Shown piece after piece: positions 22,460 to 35,673 of a stretch of 64,000 bases of DNA. Source of the stretch: Nymphaea colorata (lineage: Eukaryota); assembly GCF_008831285.2 (NCBI RefSeq), contig NC_045138.2:19840001-19904000 (forward strand), read 5' to 3'. Position numbers and translations under genes: made by a program. Position 1 is the first letter of the stretch. Each line of letters opens with the position of its first letter. The notes under the pieces are model-generated. The model was given only the letters and a program-made list of their open reading frames with translations, ran no database searches and was not told the origin of the DNA.

Positions 22460-25400
22460 TTACTGCAAGGAAACCGGCGACCCATCACTTCTTGATGCCT
22501 CCTGAATTTGAGCAGCAAACTGCAAGTTCCACAAAACATCTTCAACTGAAGGCCGCTCTGTAGGTTCTTCAGATAAGCATCTAACGCCTATCTCCATTAC
22601 TGTTCTTAGTGACTGCTCTGAGCAGGCATCTCTGATGGGTGGATCAACCGTGCTTCTCAGACCGGCTTGGTCACCTGTTACGCTCGTAAGCACCTGCACA
22701 GTAACAAGAGAAAATGGTGATCGAACATATAGGTCATTAGCTAAATTTGTCATGCCTTCAAGAAATAATAACATGCTTTCATGAAATAGTAACGTGCTGG
22801 AAAGTGCCCAGGGAACATTTAAGGGTCCTTTCAAGGTATACATCAAGTGGTGGGAAGCTAAAGAAAAAGACAATAGCCAGCTTGTGTTAACTTGAGAAAT
22901 TGATTTGTAGCAGAAAGCAGTTCATGCAGATGCAAAAGGGAAGTAGGTAGTGGGGAATTTGGATTTATAGGTATCTCACGAGTGATATACATTTTAAAAG
23001 TAGGTTCAAGATCCTCATCAAACCAACCAAGAAAAAACACTCAGCAGGTGCTTGTCCCTAGCTATTGGTTAATTCCAAAAAGGAACTTTGTCCCATTCTA
23101 TTTATGGAGACCTTTACTGATGATTAAGTGCAACTTGGAAGCTGCTATTATTGTTTTCCTTTACAATTAGACTAAAAATGGGAGGGTCCCGGTAGGAATT
23201 TGCAGGATGGTACAACTGATCACAATTCACAATTCAAAGGTTGTTCATTCAATCGTTTTTTTTGGAAATTCAGGATTCAATAATTGATCTCTCTCTTTCT
23301 CTCTCTCCCCCTACACTGCAAATTAGCTGACACTTGTTTTCATGTCATGCATTTGGAATTTTTCTCAAACATATCTGCAAAAGAGGGGTTTCTTGTCTTC
23401 TTGTTGCTTAGTTTTTTATTTATCGATTCCCATTTGCATTTTATATTCTGCCTAATGAAATGGAAAGCTGATAGACAACAAATATTGACTATAATAATCG
23501 AATTTATTATAATGCAAGTCAGTCAGTCGATATACCGAAGGACACTTAACACAACTAGCCTTTACCTGATCTTTCGCCACTTTTAACTCAACGGGTGATG
23601 AAATGGCTCTTCCTGTAACGATTTCGAGCAGGATAACACCAAAGTCGTAAATGTCAATCTTATCCTTTTGCTTGTTCCTGAATGGTGATGCAAGCAGAGA
23701 ATTAGTAGTTTATTGCCTACAGTCATACGTAAACAAGACAGCATATTCCATTACAAATTAAGTCTGAAAGTTCAAGAGGAAAATCAAATATATAACAAAG
23801 CTTAGAAAACACTAACGATGCAAAGCTCCAATAAAATATAACAGAAACAAGCATAATATTATGAAAGAATCTACAAAAGAATTAAGAGTGACAATTGCAA
23901 TAAGCAGTCAAGATAACTATCATTCAGGAAACGAGACATGTATCTTCCAAGAACAAGCTGAAATAAACAGACTATGAGCAAGTAAAATAGGCAGCAACAA
24001 GCACATTGACAGGGTTAAGAATACTTAATTTCCGACAAGTAATGGGACATTTAGCACACAGTACATCAAAAGGTTGTCCACCTTTCCTGCATTGTAAATC
24101 AAAATTTATAGAAAGAGAACTTTCCTACCTAACGGCATTAGCTTCTTTTGATCCATGTGAAAGAAATCCCGTGGCCACCTGTGGCAGAGTACTGTGTGAG
24201 GCCAACCGAGGCTAAAATTTATTTGGTTCCGAAGGAACAATAAAATTCCACAGGAAGGTGCATGACAAAGCAATTCAGAATAAAATCATCTTTTATGGCA
24301 TTACCTCCTTTCTTGTGTTTTCCACCAATACAGGCAGATTGTAACTGCTAATTTTTGCAACAAGGTTTTGATCTAAAAGTATGTTTGTGGCTTTCAGTTC
24401 GTTTCCAAGAATTCCTGGTACAACTCCATTGTGCAAAAACTGCAAACCCTTCATTATGCTGACTGCAGTCGATATTCTTTGGGTCCAATTAAGGTTTCCT
24501 CCTGCTTTTCCATGATAAAGAAAAAGAATATTTTAGAAAGAAAATTTTCCATGAATATGTTCCCCACAGAGAAAATTGTGTCTTTTTATTTGCCCCTTTT
24601 AATTAAACAACCAACAAAGAGAGAAAGAAAAGGAAGCAACTGATGGTAATACCAGAAATATTCTCTCTGAGCGTCCCGTTGGACACATATTCAAACACCA
24701 AAAAGAGACGGCTGATGCTAGAGTCATCAAGATAATATTCAAAGCAATGTCCAAGAGCACTGACTAAATGATGGTGCCTGAGTTTTGAAACTAGTTCGAC
24801 AAGGTTTGTGAAATTGTGGGCATTCTGCTTCTTTTTCACCTTCACGCATCTGATGGCCACCATAGAACCATTTCTTAATCTACCGCGATATATCTGAGAC
24901 ATCATGGGAACCAGAAAATTATTCGTTAAGAAGAGCTATTTCAGTTTACCATGAACTTATCTTTATCATTTTCTTTTTCTTTTCCTTTGGTCAAAAGATT
25001 CTATCATCTCGTAGACAAACCGCATTTTGAAACACAGAACAGAAAGTGTAATGAGACACAGGCCATGACATACCGGTCCCAGTGCTCCTTCACCCATAAG
25101 ACAAGATGGTTCAAAGTTGTTAGTCGCTTCTTCAAGTTCCTCCAGTGCAAACGTTCGATATGGTGGAAGTGCAAGAGCTCCTAACTTCATTGTCTGAGTT
25201 ATATACCCTACCAGTACAAGAAGATGCATGCCAAAGTTATGTGACCACAAACAACCAAGATCCTCAAAACATGGAAAGAAACCAGTAAATCGAAAATAAA
25301 AAAGAGAGTAATTTATGAATAAGAAGCACATAAAAAATGGAACGACAGGATAACTTACTTGCATTGGTAAGAAGCTTTGAGGAGAGATCAGCTGTGACTG

Positions 25401-26745
25401 TTTCTGCAACTAGCCTTCTTGGAGGTTTCATCACAGCGCTTCTGGTCCTTGATCTTCTAAGAAGCACACAAAGCAAGACAGTGGAAAGAGCGATAGCTAA
25501 AAGAAGACCCCCCAATATACCTAATGCGATTTCCATCTTCCGAGGTGCTTCCTTCTTTTTGTTAGCCAACGACAAGCCTACAGCTAATGCTTCAGTCCTG
25601 CAGAATGCGTATGGGTGCTGGTTCTGGCTCTCACTGGATAAACAATTCCTTCCATAAAAGAAAACTCCATTCTGCAAGTTGGAAACTAGGCAGCTAGGCA
25701 AACTTCCTGTTAAAAGATTCGAAGACAAATCCACATTCTCAAGCCTAGAATTGCAAGACATGTTTTCTGCAAGTATCCCAGTTAACCTGTTGCCAGAAAT
25801 GTTCAGATGACGCATGGCAGGCAACGAAAGCAGATCAGGCAAGAACGGCCCCCCAAACCGATTGGAAGATATGTCTAGTGTCTGCAATTGATAACAAGAA
25901 CTAATGGAAGACGGGATTCCTGAGGCAAATTTATTATTCCTCAGTACAAGAACGACCAGCTCATTACCAATCTCAGGAAACTGCGGTCCGAAATAGTTGT
26001 CAGCCAAATTCAGCACTTGCAGATTTGTCAAACTGCTAAGGTCAGGCACTTTCCCATATAAAAAGTTGCTGGACAGATCCAAAATCCGGACATTCTCCAG
26101 TGAACTTAAAGAAGAGGGTAGGGACCCATTGAGGAAATTGTTCCGCAAACTCAGAACAGCCAAGACAGGAAGCATGGTTAGAGACTCGGGCACAGCGCCA
26201 CTGAACATGTTAGAATCAAGTATAACAGTCTGAAGGTTTTTGAGCAAAGAAATCTCCTCCGGTATGCGACCATAAAAGAAATTTGAGCTAATGTTAAGAA
26301 TTTCCAGGGAAGATAAATGAGCAACCTGGGCTGGAAGAGGGCCCCAAAGACCAAGGGAAGTCAAGGTAAGAACCTTTAGATTTGGAAGTCTGGCAAGAGT
26401 AGTGAAGAAGGAAGGCGCAGAGAATGATCTCAATAGCTTGAAATCTGAAGCAGTAAAATTTGTGGAGTTCGACTTTAGTGCAGGAGGCGGGGGGTCTCTG
26501 TTACCCGTGATATGCAGCTGAGTAATGCTATCTTCGTAGCAGACGATGGTTAGAGTTTGGGAAGGCTCGATGCTGCAGAAGTCTGTCGAGATGTTCCATG
26601 GTTGCAATGCTTGTGGAAGCCCCAAAAGTCCTTTGATCCTCAGCAGCGTTTGAGATTGTGATGATTGTAGTTGCTGAGTAGAAGGAAGGTAGAATAAAGC
26701 GATGATCACCCAAATGAGGAATGGTGCCATTTTGGTCATCATCAT
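22460..26745 (-). CDS. Probable inactive LRR receptor-like kinase (LRR-VI, At3g03770-like), ~784 aa
   Basis: Exons 26745-25359, 25207-25074, 24893-24653, 24501-24305, 24178-24129, 23677-23566 and 22693-22460 total 2355 nt with consistent phases. Signal peptide, plant LRRs, TM segment (IALGILGGLLLAIALSTVLLCVLL), then a kinase fold ending RPSVEDVLWNLQFAAQIQ. The start could be any of the first four Met codons. Confidence 0.93.
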
Positions 26746-29626
26746 AAGCTGGACGCAAGAAAATATCTCCTTTTCACTCTCTCATTAGTCTGAAACTTCA
26801 CAAACAAAAGAAACCACCCGATGATGATCACCCCACATGGAGTTCTGCTAAGCTGCGGTTGTCAACAGCAAGCCGAGAGCAAGAAACCTCTCTCCCTTTC
26901 TCTCTATCTCTATCCGGCCAGCTTCGCAAGGCAAAAGAAAACCACCAGTCTCAAAAAGTGATTGACAAACTTCTAAAAGGTTCGCACAAGTCGTCGGATG
27001 ATCATAACGGACTTCAAAGCCCTCTCATGAAGCAGTGGAGTGGCCCTTGCAGATCACTGCAACTCTGCTGTTTACCCAATACTTCGAAGTTAGAGGCTTG
27101 AACCAACGGAAAAGAAAGGTGTACCATGCCTGTAAAAGGAAAAGCATTTTATATTTTGTGGGAGAGGGGCCACCCAGGCCAGGCACCATCACCTAGCAAA
27201 GCTTATAAAAGAAACATTTCCTTGTGAACCGATCTAGAGACAAGAGATCCAGCTGGGAGTATTTTGTCAGATGCCCCTCATGCAATTAGTGTTACTCTGA
27301 CCGGGACTCGTGAACAGTGCAGAATTGAAGATTTGGAAATACCATCAATGTCCCCACCATTAATCTGTAAGTTTCAATCTCGTTAGTGGTCATCACCATC
27401 AAAGAAACTTCTCTCGGGGTGTATCTTATAATTGTTTAACATCTGTCCGCTGCGTAGTCCCGTCTACTGGAAGGCAACCGAAGGTTACTTTCTTCTTGGA
27501 TTTCAACCAGAACTTAGAAGAGTTACTGGTTCATTTCATCCCTTTTACTGTTATCTGCGAATTAAGTCTTCGGATGCAGTTCATTTGCAACATTTTGCCA
27601 AGAAGATTTGCAAGTTAATGGGAAGGCACAGGTTTGGTTCGCTTCATATCGGAAACCTGTTTAAAGCAGTTTACTATTTTACAATCAAAATCAAAAGAAG
27701 GGGCTTACCTTATCTACTTCCATGGAACTCAAATGGCCCACAGATCACCAAAAGGCCAGACGATAAAATTTCTTGGCGTGCTTCCAAAGCCAAGAGCTTT
27801 CTCGTTTAGGCCACACGCAGACAATGGGCTCCCCTGCATTGGGGTATTTCCTCCATGATCAAACCACCAACGTGGTTCTGTTGCTTGGTCCAAGCGGTGG
27901 ATTGAAGAATCAGGAGCAGGACGTCGATGTCCGAAGCGCTCTAGCAGGACCATGCAAGCGAACAAATCGACCTGTTTGTTTCTCACTCTTTTCGAAGAGA
28001 AGCAAAGCGAGAGCGCCCTCAAATTCAGTCCACAACGATCTCTCTGAATAATCTTTCCTTTTCAATCATGCCAATAAGTGCTTCAGGATTGCTGCTTGTC
28101 CGATGCTTCACACACCAGTGGACAAAAGGGAAAAGAAAACTACGTGAGTATAACTTTGAGAAAAGCAGCTTCTTTTCTCCATGAAAAGAGCAAACGAAAT
28201 TTCCATCCAACCACCAAAACCAACGTGCGCAACACTACGTTTGGGGCTCATCTTCTTCATAATTTCATTAGAAGCACAGAATCAACCAAGAAACCCCCAT
28301 TTTCCTGCATTCAAATACTCCCCCCATCCAAGCAAGGAAACGACACAAAATCTCGCTTCTTTAGTCACGAGAAGCGCAGGAAACACAAAGCCCCACACTC
28401 TTATGATCCCATCACTCACGAGATAGAAAAAGAAGCGTAAGAACAAAAGAGCAGCAGTAAGGAGCCGACAAAATCGTACCTTAGTTTCTCTTTCCCACTA
28501 GCCTCTGATGACGACGTCAGAGCGCACACAGCAGAGACGGAACGCGGGGCAAAGAATCGCTTCTTCTCTGTCTCTCTCTCTCTCTCTCGCGTCTACACCT
28601 TTTCTTCTACCTCTCCGTGGCCATCCCCACCGAAGGAGAAGAGCGAAAAGCAAGATTCTGATCTCGTCCCGCCCTTCTTTATTCCTCTGAGAGCGGTCCA
28701 TCTCCGCACTTCCTCTCGCCACGAATGAAAGTGGAGAAAAAGAAAGCTACGGTTTTCTGCTTTCCACTTCTCTGCATGAGCGACCGAGCGACCGAGCGCG
28801 CGGCGAGAGAGAGAAGCCCGGTGAGGTGAAACCAGTCGCTTTCACGCTTCCGCTTTCGCGGTGAAAAGGAATGAATTCTCCGGAAAAGGCAAGAAATTAG
28901 AGGCTCTGTAGCTACCAAATTTCTGGAAAAGGCGGGAACGTCCGAGAAAAACAGGGTTCCTCATGAGTTGGCGGTTGCTTTTCTATTCTTTTGTCTTTAA
29001 TTTCCCTTTTGAAAGAGGTCGCCTTCGCTTTCTCTGCAACTCGCCACCTTCGTCTCCACCTGTGGCGACATTTTTACGTTGGCATTCCTTTCAGCTCGTA
29101 AAGAGGAAAGGTTGGGTGCGCTCGCCCCGTGCCGTAAGTCGCGAGCAACCAGCGGTAAGCAAATAGCCTCCGAGAAGGAACTGAACTCGCTTTCCAGTTT
29201 CCTCTTCTGAGAATCTGGCCATTAATTCTCTCCTTCTCACTCGCACTGCTCTAAGCGAATTCATTCTTAGTTCGTCATTCATTCTTGCACTTTACTTCAA
29301 CGCCGTAAATGTCTGGAAATAAAATCTAATCAGCCAAATCCATAGTTTTATTAGAATATAAATGAAATTAGTTCAATTGAACGACAGGAAGTTAACAGAC
29401 TATCTTTAGGCGGGGAGCAAAAAAATTTTTTGTGAGGATGACCAAGAATTTTTCATGGATAGCAGAATCAAAGTTTTTAAATTGTGACTATTGCCACAAT
29501 AATTTTTTCAAATTTTTTATATAAACCCAGTAATTTTTTTTAATATATATATATATATATATATTAAGGTGAGATAAAGGGCTCATGTAGGCCCTACCTG
29601 GCTTTGCCTAAATCATGAAACGACCT

Positions 29627-29701
29627 AAAGAACTCCATTTTCATGTCTTCAATCTTTTAAGGTCTCAAAGAACTCCATTTTCATGTCTTCAATCTTTTAA
29701 G
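29627..29701. repeat. 35-bp tandem duplication
   Basis: AAAGAACTCCATTTTCATGTCTTCAATCTTTTAAG occurs twice with a 5-bp spacer. Confidence 0.9.
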
Positions 29702-31958
29702 AGAGACCTGAGTAAGATACGATACACTTTTCAATTTAAATGTCATGATCTCACCTTTTACTACGACCCCATAACTTACTTTTTATAGGCCATTTGTTCG
29801 ACTAGCTATGTTTCTTGAGGTCAAATTAATTGAATGCTTCAAAATAGTTCTTATGTTTATCTTTTAAACAAAAATATTTAAAAGCAAACATTAAATCACT
29901 TTTAATTTTTACAGTTAGCAAACACATTTTATGGGGGTTGATGCAATGGATGGGTTAGGTGTTGTAGGCAGTCAATATTGTTTTGAGTTCTTCAAGTGTC
30001 TGACTTCACACGAGAAGACGTTGATATACAAGTTAAAACATATTAAATGTGCCACCTCAAAGCATCCAAAGCAATCTTGATATCTTACGAGTAATGAGGA
30101 AAATGATGGAAGTTTGAAACAGGAAATTGAAATATTTTTTTCTTCTTCACTCAAGGACTAAGTTCTATATCAGAAATCAATGAATTTCTATCAAACGGTA
30201 ACAAAGCTGATGACATTATAGGCTAGGGACGAACTCGGCCCAACCCGGGCAAAAAGAACTTAAAAGGTAAGCACCCATTTGTTAATTTTGAAAAATTGAA
30301 AGGTGTTTTGTTATTTAACTATATTATGCAATTTTCTATATTTTTTTTCAAAAAAATCCCAACTTTCATTTCTGACTTACAATTCACCTTCAAACTTCGA
30401 CAACTCGTTAATGAAATATGTCTCTCCATAGTTCCTGCCAATTCCTCATAATTGTTGGTTGGTGGCAGGTGCTTTCAAGTTTTAGGTTTATTGCTCATAG
30501 AATATTATTAGTGCAGCATGGGCAATCTGTGTTTCAAGTAATTTGCCAGATAAGTCTGGTATTTTTTTAATTATTAAGATAAACATGTAATTTCTTTTGG
30601 GTAGGTGAGTGAGAGGATTACAACGCATCACTAAAAAAAAAAAACCCAAAGAGAAGGTTTGGCATTATGAACTTGGTGAGTGTTTCATGAATCTATCTTA
30701 AAATTGAAGTAGTTTCATTTTGACACATCTTTGACATCAGGGACACTTTGTGAATGTCTCGTGAATCTGTCTTCAAAATTGGGACATGTTTATTAGACAT
30801 TAAAACTATCATTCCATGAACCTATTATAGTATTGAGGATAAATTCATGGAACACTCACCTTCTTGGTTCGAAATGATGTCTTAGGAGATGTTAGGGAAC
30901 AGATGCATCTGACCAAAAAATTGGTTAGGTTAGTTGGACACTTCAAAAGGTATCCCATGAATCTGCTCCACGTTTTTTGATAAATATATGAAATAGTAAC
31001 ACATTGTTATTAATCCAAATATTCCCTTAGGGCCAACATTTCGTTGTGATCTGGTCACTTTTATGTTCTTCTAAGTTTTGTATCAGTTCTTATTTTGATC
31101 CTAAAAAAAGACAGCGGGGTTTCAAATTTTTTTGGGAGCTTTTTTGCTATTAGTTTGCCGTGGATCTTAATTATCGAATACATTACAAATCTAAAATACG
31201 AAATGAAATAAATACTATAAGTAGTATGTGTGTCCCTTTGTCGGCGATCTTTCTTAGTTGGTAGTTTTTTTTTTTTTTTTTTGGAGTTGCAAAATTAAAC
31301 AAAACATGGCATCAACGGGAATCTAATTAATTGAGTGCTCAAGATTGTCATCTGAGAACTGTTTGAATAATGATGAAAAATGCTCTAAGCGAAATGTCTT
31401 GAGGCTTAATGAGGTGTTTGACAAAAAGAACATTGTGGTACTGAAGCACATGTTTTTACAATATATAATTTAAAGCCCCATACTTTTGTTTTAGAAAGAT
31501 TATATGATTATATATGGATATCGTTAATTTCTATGCCAGGATTAAATGTTGATATAATCATACTATTTTTTCTGAGGTAAAAATATGATATTCTTGAAAC
31601 ACATTATGTGAATAAGTATTCTAAGAATACAATGTACTTCTTATGAAAGCCCTCTAGCACTGCAACAAAAAATTTGAAAGAAATTATGAGAAATTCAAAA
31701 GAGATGGTGTTACTTTCTATTGTGTTTGCATGATGATGGTACAAACAAGTATTTATGAGGCATCATTACTAGAATGGACTATAAATGTGAAAGACTAACT
31801 AAAATCACACTTTCTGATATGAAGTGTTCCACAAATCTGTTTTATTTTTTGAAGCAAATTCATGATAACAGTGCGTATCCTTTAATTGTGCTGCATATGC
31901 AACATAAGATTATGGAAAGTACCCAAGTTAGTAGTATTTGATGAACTTGCTAGACTTA

Positions 31959-32431
31959 ACCAAAACCATGCATTAGATATCCAACATTTAGCTTATTTGA
32001 ACCTCAAAATTTTATTTTACCTTTCTAACTAAATGTATCTAGCTACAAGGGGTTGTTTGGCAATAGTAACACTCTGTTACTATATCATAAACTTACCCCA
32101 TTTGATGGTAACAATATGTTTATGTTGCCAAACAGCCTCTTTGATGAAAATAACTATGGTAGATCTAAAAAAGTTGAAAATTCATAGAGAAAAGTAAGCA
32201 AACAATTAAGCAAACAATTAGGGTTTAGGGTTCACCAAAACCATGCGTTGAATATCAAACATTTTGTCTCTCTGAACCTCAAAATTTTATGTGACCTTTT
32301 TAGCCAAGTATATCTAGTTACAATAAACTTTCTCCATTTGATGGTGATAATATGTTTTTGTTACCAAACGGCCTCTTTGATGAACATAACTACAGTGAAA
32401 ATTCATAGAGAAAAGTAAGCAAACAATTAAG
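31959..32431. repeat. Diverged tandem duplication (~260 and ~200 bp units) containing a small Harbinger-type MITE
   Basis: Units start ACCAAAACCATGC at 31959 and 32234 and end AAGTAAGCAAACAATTAAG. Unit 1 holds TIRs GGGGTTGTTTGGCAA..TTGCCAAACAGCCTC (~32048-32139). Confidence 0.8.
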
Positions 32432-33056
32432 TGGAAAAATCATCATTAATGATTTGCCAAACCAATTGTAGCAACATCTTAATACGGATCTATGGAACCA
32501 AAGTCCAATATGACTCAATGCCCTAAAAAAAAGAGAATCCAAGATCATTTTGAGTTCAATTTCCGATGAAGTGCTCAAAAGTGAGCCCAAAGGCATCTTG
32601 GGTCCACCCTTTGAACGTGGGTCACTAAATTTCTTCATTCAAACTCTGCCCAAATCTTGTGGATCCCAAGACTCCAAGTGGGTCAGATATGGCACGAGAG
32701 CGTTTGTCATATTTTCTTTGTACTTTGTCCCATTGCCACTATTAACTCGACTGTACTTAGCTGTCTCGGATCCGAATAATTGGGGGCTTGAATAGACCAG
32801 GGTCCACTGGGTTGTTCATTTATGCAAAGGGAGCTTGTGTTATAAAATACGGGTACGAGTACGGGCAGGACCCGATCGGACGAATGCGAGTATTATTGCA
32901 TTAGATCATTTTAATATGTAATTCGAATCAATGTTGTCATAATCAGCCTGAATTGGCCTATCCGAATTGAATCGGTCTGGGGCCAATCTAAGAGCACCAC
33001 TTGTCAAGTTTTCATTATTTTAAACTAATTTGAATATTCACTTCATTTATTTTTTG

Positions 33057-33092
<36 letters not shown>

Positions 33093-33224
33093 ATATATAT
33101 ATATATTTTACAGAAGTTAAGAAAAAAAGAAACCCACATGTCAATTCACCACAAACATGGAATAGGAGATTGCATTTCTTTTTTTTTTTTTTGTAAATTT
33201 CTATCCAGAAAAGTAGCACTCCGG

Positions 33225-33625
33225 ACATGAGAGTTAGTCACACTCCAGATTTGAGTCGGATACACACTTATATCCACTTCTTTGAATATTTATGTACTTG
33301 AATTCGAATGTGAATGAAGATAAATAATATATGAGTCCAAACCCGAAATCTGGTTTCACAATCCGAATCCGAATTTTGAACATAACTCAGCCGCTTTTTA
33401 AAATATAAGAGTATTGGATATAAAATATGAATCTAAAACTAAATATGATCTGAATCCGAAATGTTTATATGGATCCAAATCCAAATCTGATCCGATCAGA
33501 TGTCGTTCTCTAAGTCCGAGTCCAATCTGATTCCATCGGAATATTGAATTTTTTCTTACATCCTATTTTTTTCGGAACAATTCATTTGGATATCTGATTC
33601 AAATCGGATATATTTCTATCCTTAC
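33225..33625. mobile_element. Degenerate MITE rich in CCGAAT/ATCCGA repeats
   Basis: Dense ATCCGA/TCGGAT subrepeats. Similar patches occur at ~32850-32990 and ~61780-61990. Confidence 0.5.
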
Positions 33626-34435
33626 GTGCATTTCTAAGCATCAAAAAACTATTTCATCTTGTCTACCAAGACAAAAAACAAAAAAAAGTAAATTCTAAAC
33701 CTTTTCACCAATCATGAGCTGGAGATCCTCACTGCAAATACGTTATCATTGGGAGTGGAACTAAAACTGCATTTAAAACTTTACAAGGAAACTCCAATAT
33801 TTGAATATTCTACATTTGGGCGCTTGAAATTTTTTGTATGGATAAAAAAAAAAACATATCAAATGAAAAATTTGTCACTTAAGCATGATTTTGTTATTCA
33901 TTAAAGGGGCGTAAGAATGACATACTAAAACACTGTTTTGGAGGCGAAACCTAAAAATTTCCCTCTAAGACAGCATTTCTCAAGTATTTGGGCGATATGT
34001 TCTAAGAAAAACCCAGTATTGACAAAATCTGTTTTTTTTTTTTCAAAAGAGAGTGAAAAACTTGACCCTCATGCAAACATCAGGTTTTTAAAACTTATTA
34101 AAATAAAGGTACCATTTTGTAAAATATTCAAAAGGGATTCTATCATAGATGGGAGGAAGTTGGATAATTGGGACTAATAATTTCTTACATGATAGTGACA
34201 ATGACAACAATATTTGAATCTCAGGCCCCTTTGAAGTGAGCCGCTTCCCCGTCCAGTGTACTATGACCCCTTGTAAAAATAATAATAATTTTGATTGTTT
34301 TAAATTTTTAATAAATAATATTTTCTCAACTTGGTTCAAACCCCAACGGGCGTCGCTCATAACGTGTTATGCAGCATGTATTCGGTTCTTCCCACCAGGG
34401 ACTATATATTTTGTATTATAAAAGGGGGATGGGAC

Positions 34436-34672
34436 TAAGGGTGGGCGTTGGGCTGGGCTGCTAACGGTGGCCAGGGTTTGGGACGAAAAAACTCGACCCG
34501 ACCAGATTTGGCCTGTTAACATTAAAAAGGGTTTTTATTTTTATTTAATAATATATTTTTAATATAACCTAAACAGGTCTGGTTGGGCCTGGGCTCGGGC
34601 CCGAGTTTCGGGCCAGATGGGCCGACCCGAACCCGGTTTTACCAGGCCGGGCCGGCCCAATGCCCACCCCTA
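34436..34672. mobile_element. hAT-type MITE, 237 bp
   Basis: TIR TAAGGGTGGGCGTTGGGC / GCCCAATGCCCACCCCTA with a perfect 8-bp TSD GATGGGAC (34428-34435 and 34673-34680). GGGCC-rich ends and AT-rich core. Confidence 0.92.
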
Positions 34673-34736
34673 GATGGGACCCTCTCACCGTCTAGTATCG
34701 ACAATGCTTTAAAAAGGGAGAGGGGAGCATCAGCTC

Positions 34737-34887
34737 TTGCTGGGATGGTGGTATTAATTCTCCGACTCATCTGGCAACCTGGTTCAAAGGCAGTGCAGTT
34801 AGACTGGCCGCTTTGCTGGGATGGTAGGATTAATCCTCCACTCATTAGACAACCTCTTTTAAAGGCTGTGTGGTCAAACTGCCCTCT
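34737..34887. repeat. Two diverged ~76-bp tandem units
   Basis: TTGCTGGGATGGT..ATTAAT..CTCC..ACTCAT..CAACCT..AAAGGC..GTG..ACTG occurs at 34737 and 34813. Confidence 0.75.
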
Positions 34888-35179
34888 TTCCCTTGGGGAG
34901 AGAAAGAGAGAGTACAGTAGTGCAGAAAACCATGTCAAAGTCTGTTGAAGGCCGTGTTTGCAGACTGCCCACCTTGTTGCTGGCTAACTTTAACGCATCT
35001 GCACCGTTCGTTGAACGCATCACTACAATTGACTGCTGCCACAGTAGAGAAAGCCGAGCAAGTCAAAAACAAAAAATTTAATTTTTGCGGGAGAGCACAA
35101 CAGGAGCTCCCGTGATATGCCAAATTTATTTCTTGGATGCATGTTTTGATCTTCTCCAACTCTTTAATTGAAAAAATCG

Positions 35180-35636
35180 ATCAACTAGCAGGTGGGGATC
35201 ATGGATTTCTCTTAGACAAAATGCCTTCGGCACGCACAAACACGCATCCTGTCGCCTAGAGGACAATAATTTCACTGAATTTGATTGCAACAGAAGCTTT
35301 AATGTCTTCATCTTGTTAATGCTTCCAGACGTTTTTATGAAAACAAAATATGATCCTCTGGTTTATTAAACAACAAAATTTACTTCAAAAACTATTATTT
35401 GTTAACAAGTCATGCATGCATTCTCTCTCCCTATCTTATATTTTTTTGGAGGGGCACTCAGTCTGATTTTTATATCTAAATGGGCACTACTTATACAATC
35501 GAACAAATATTCGAAAATATTAATATAAAAGTAATAAAACATTGAAAGACTGGTGTGGGCTCCCCTTACTGACCTTTCAAATACAAAAGAGACATTCAGA
35601 TGCCAGATTCTCAAGATTAAATGCAAAAGGATTTAA

Positions 35637-35673
<37 letters not shown>

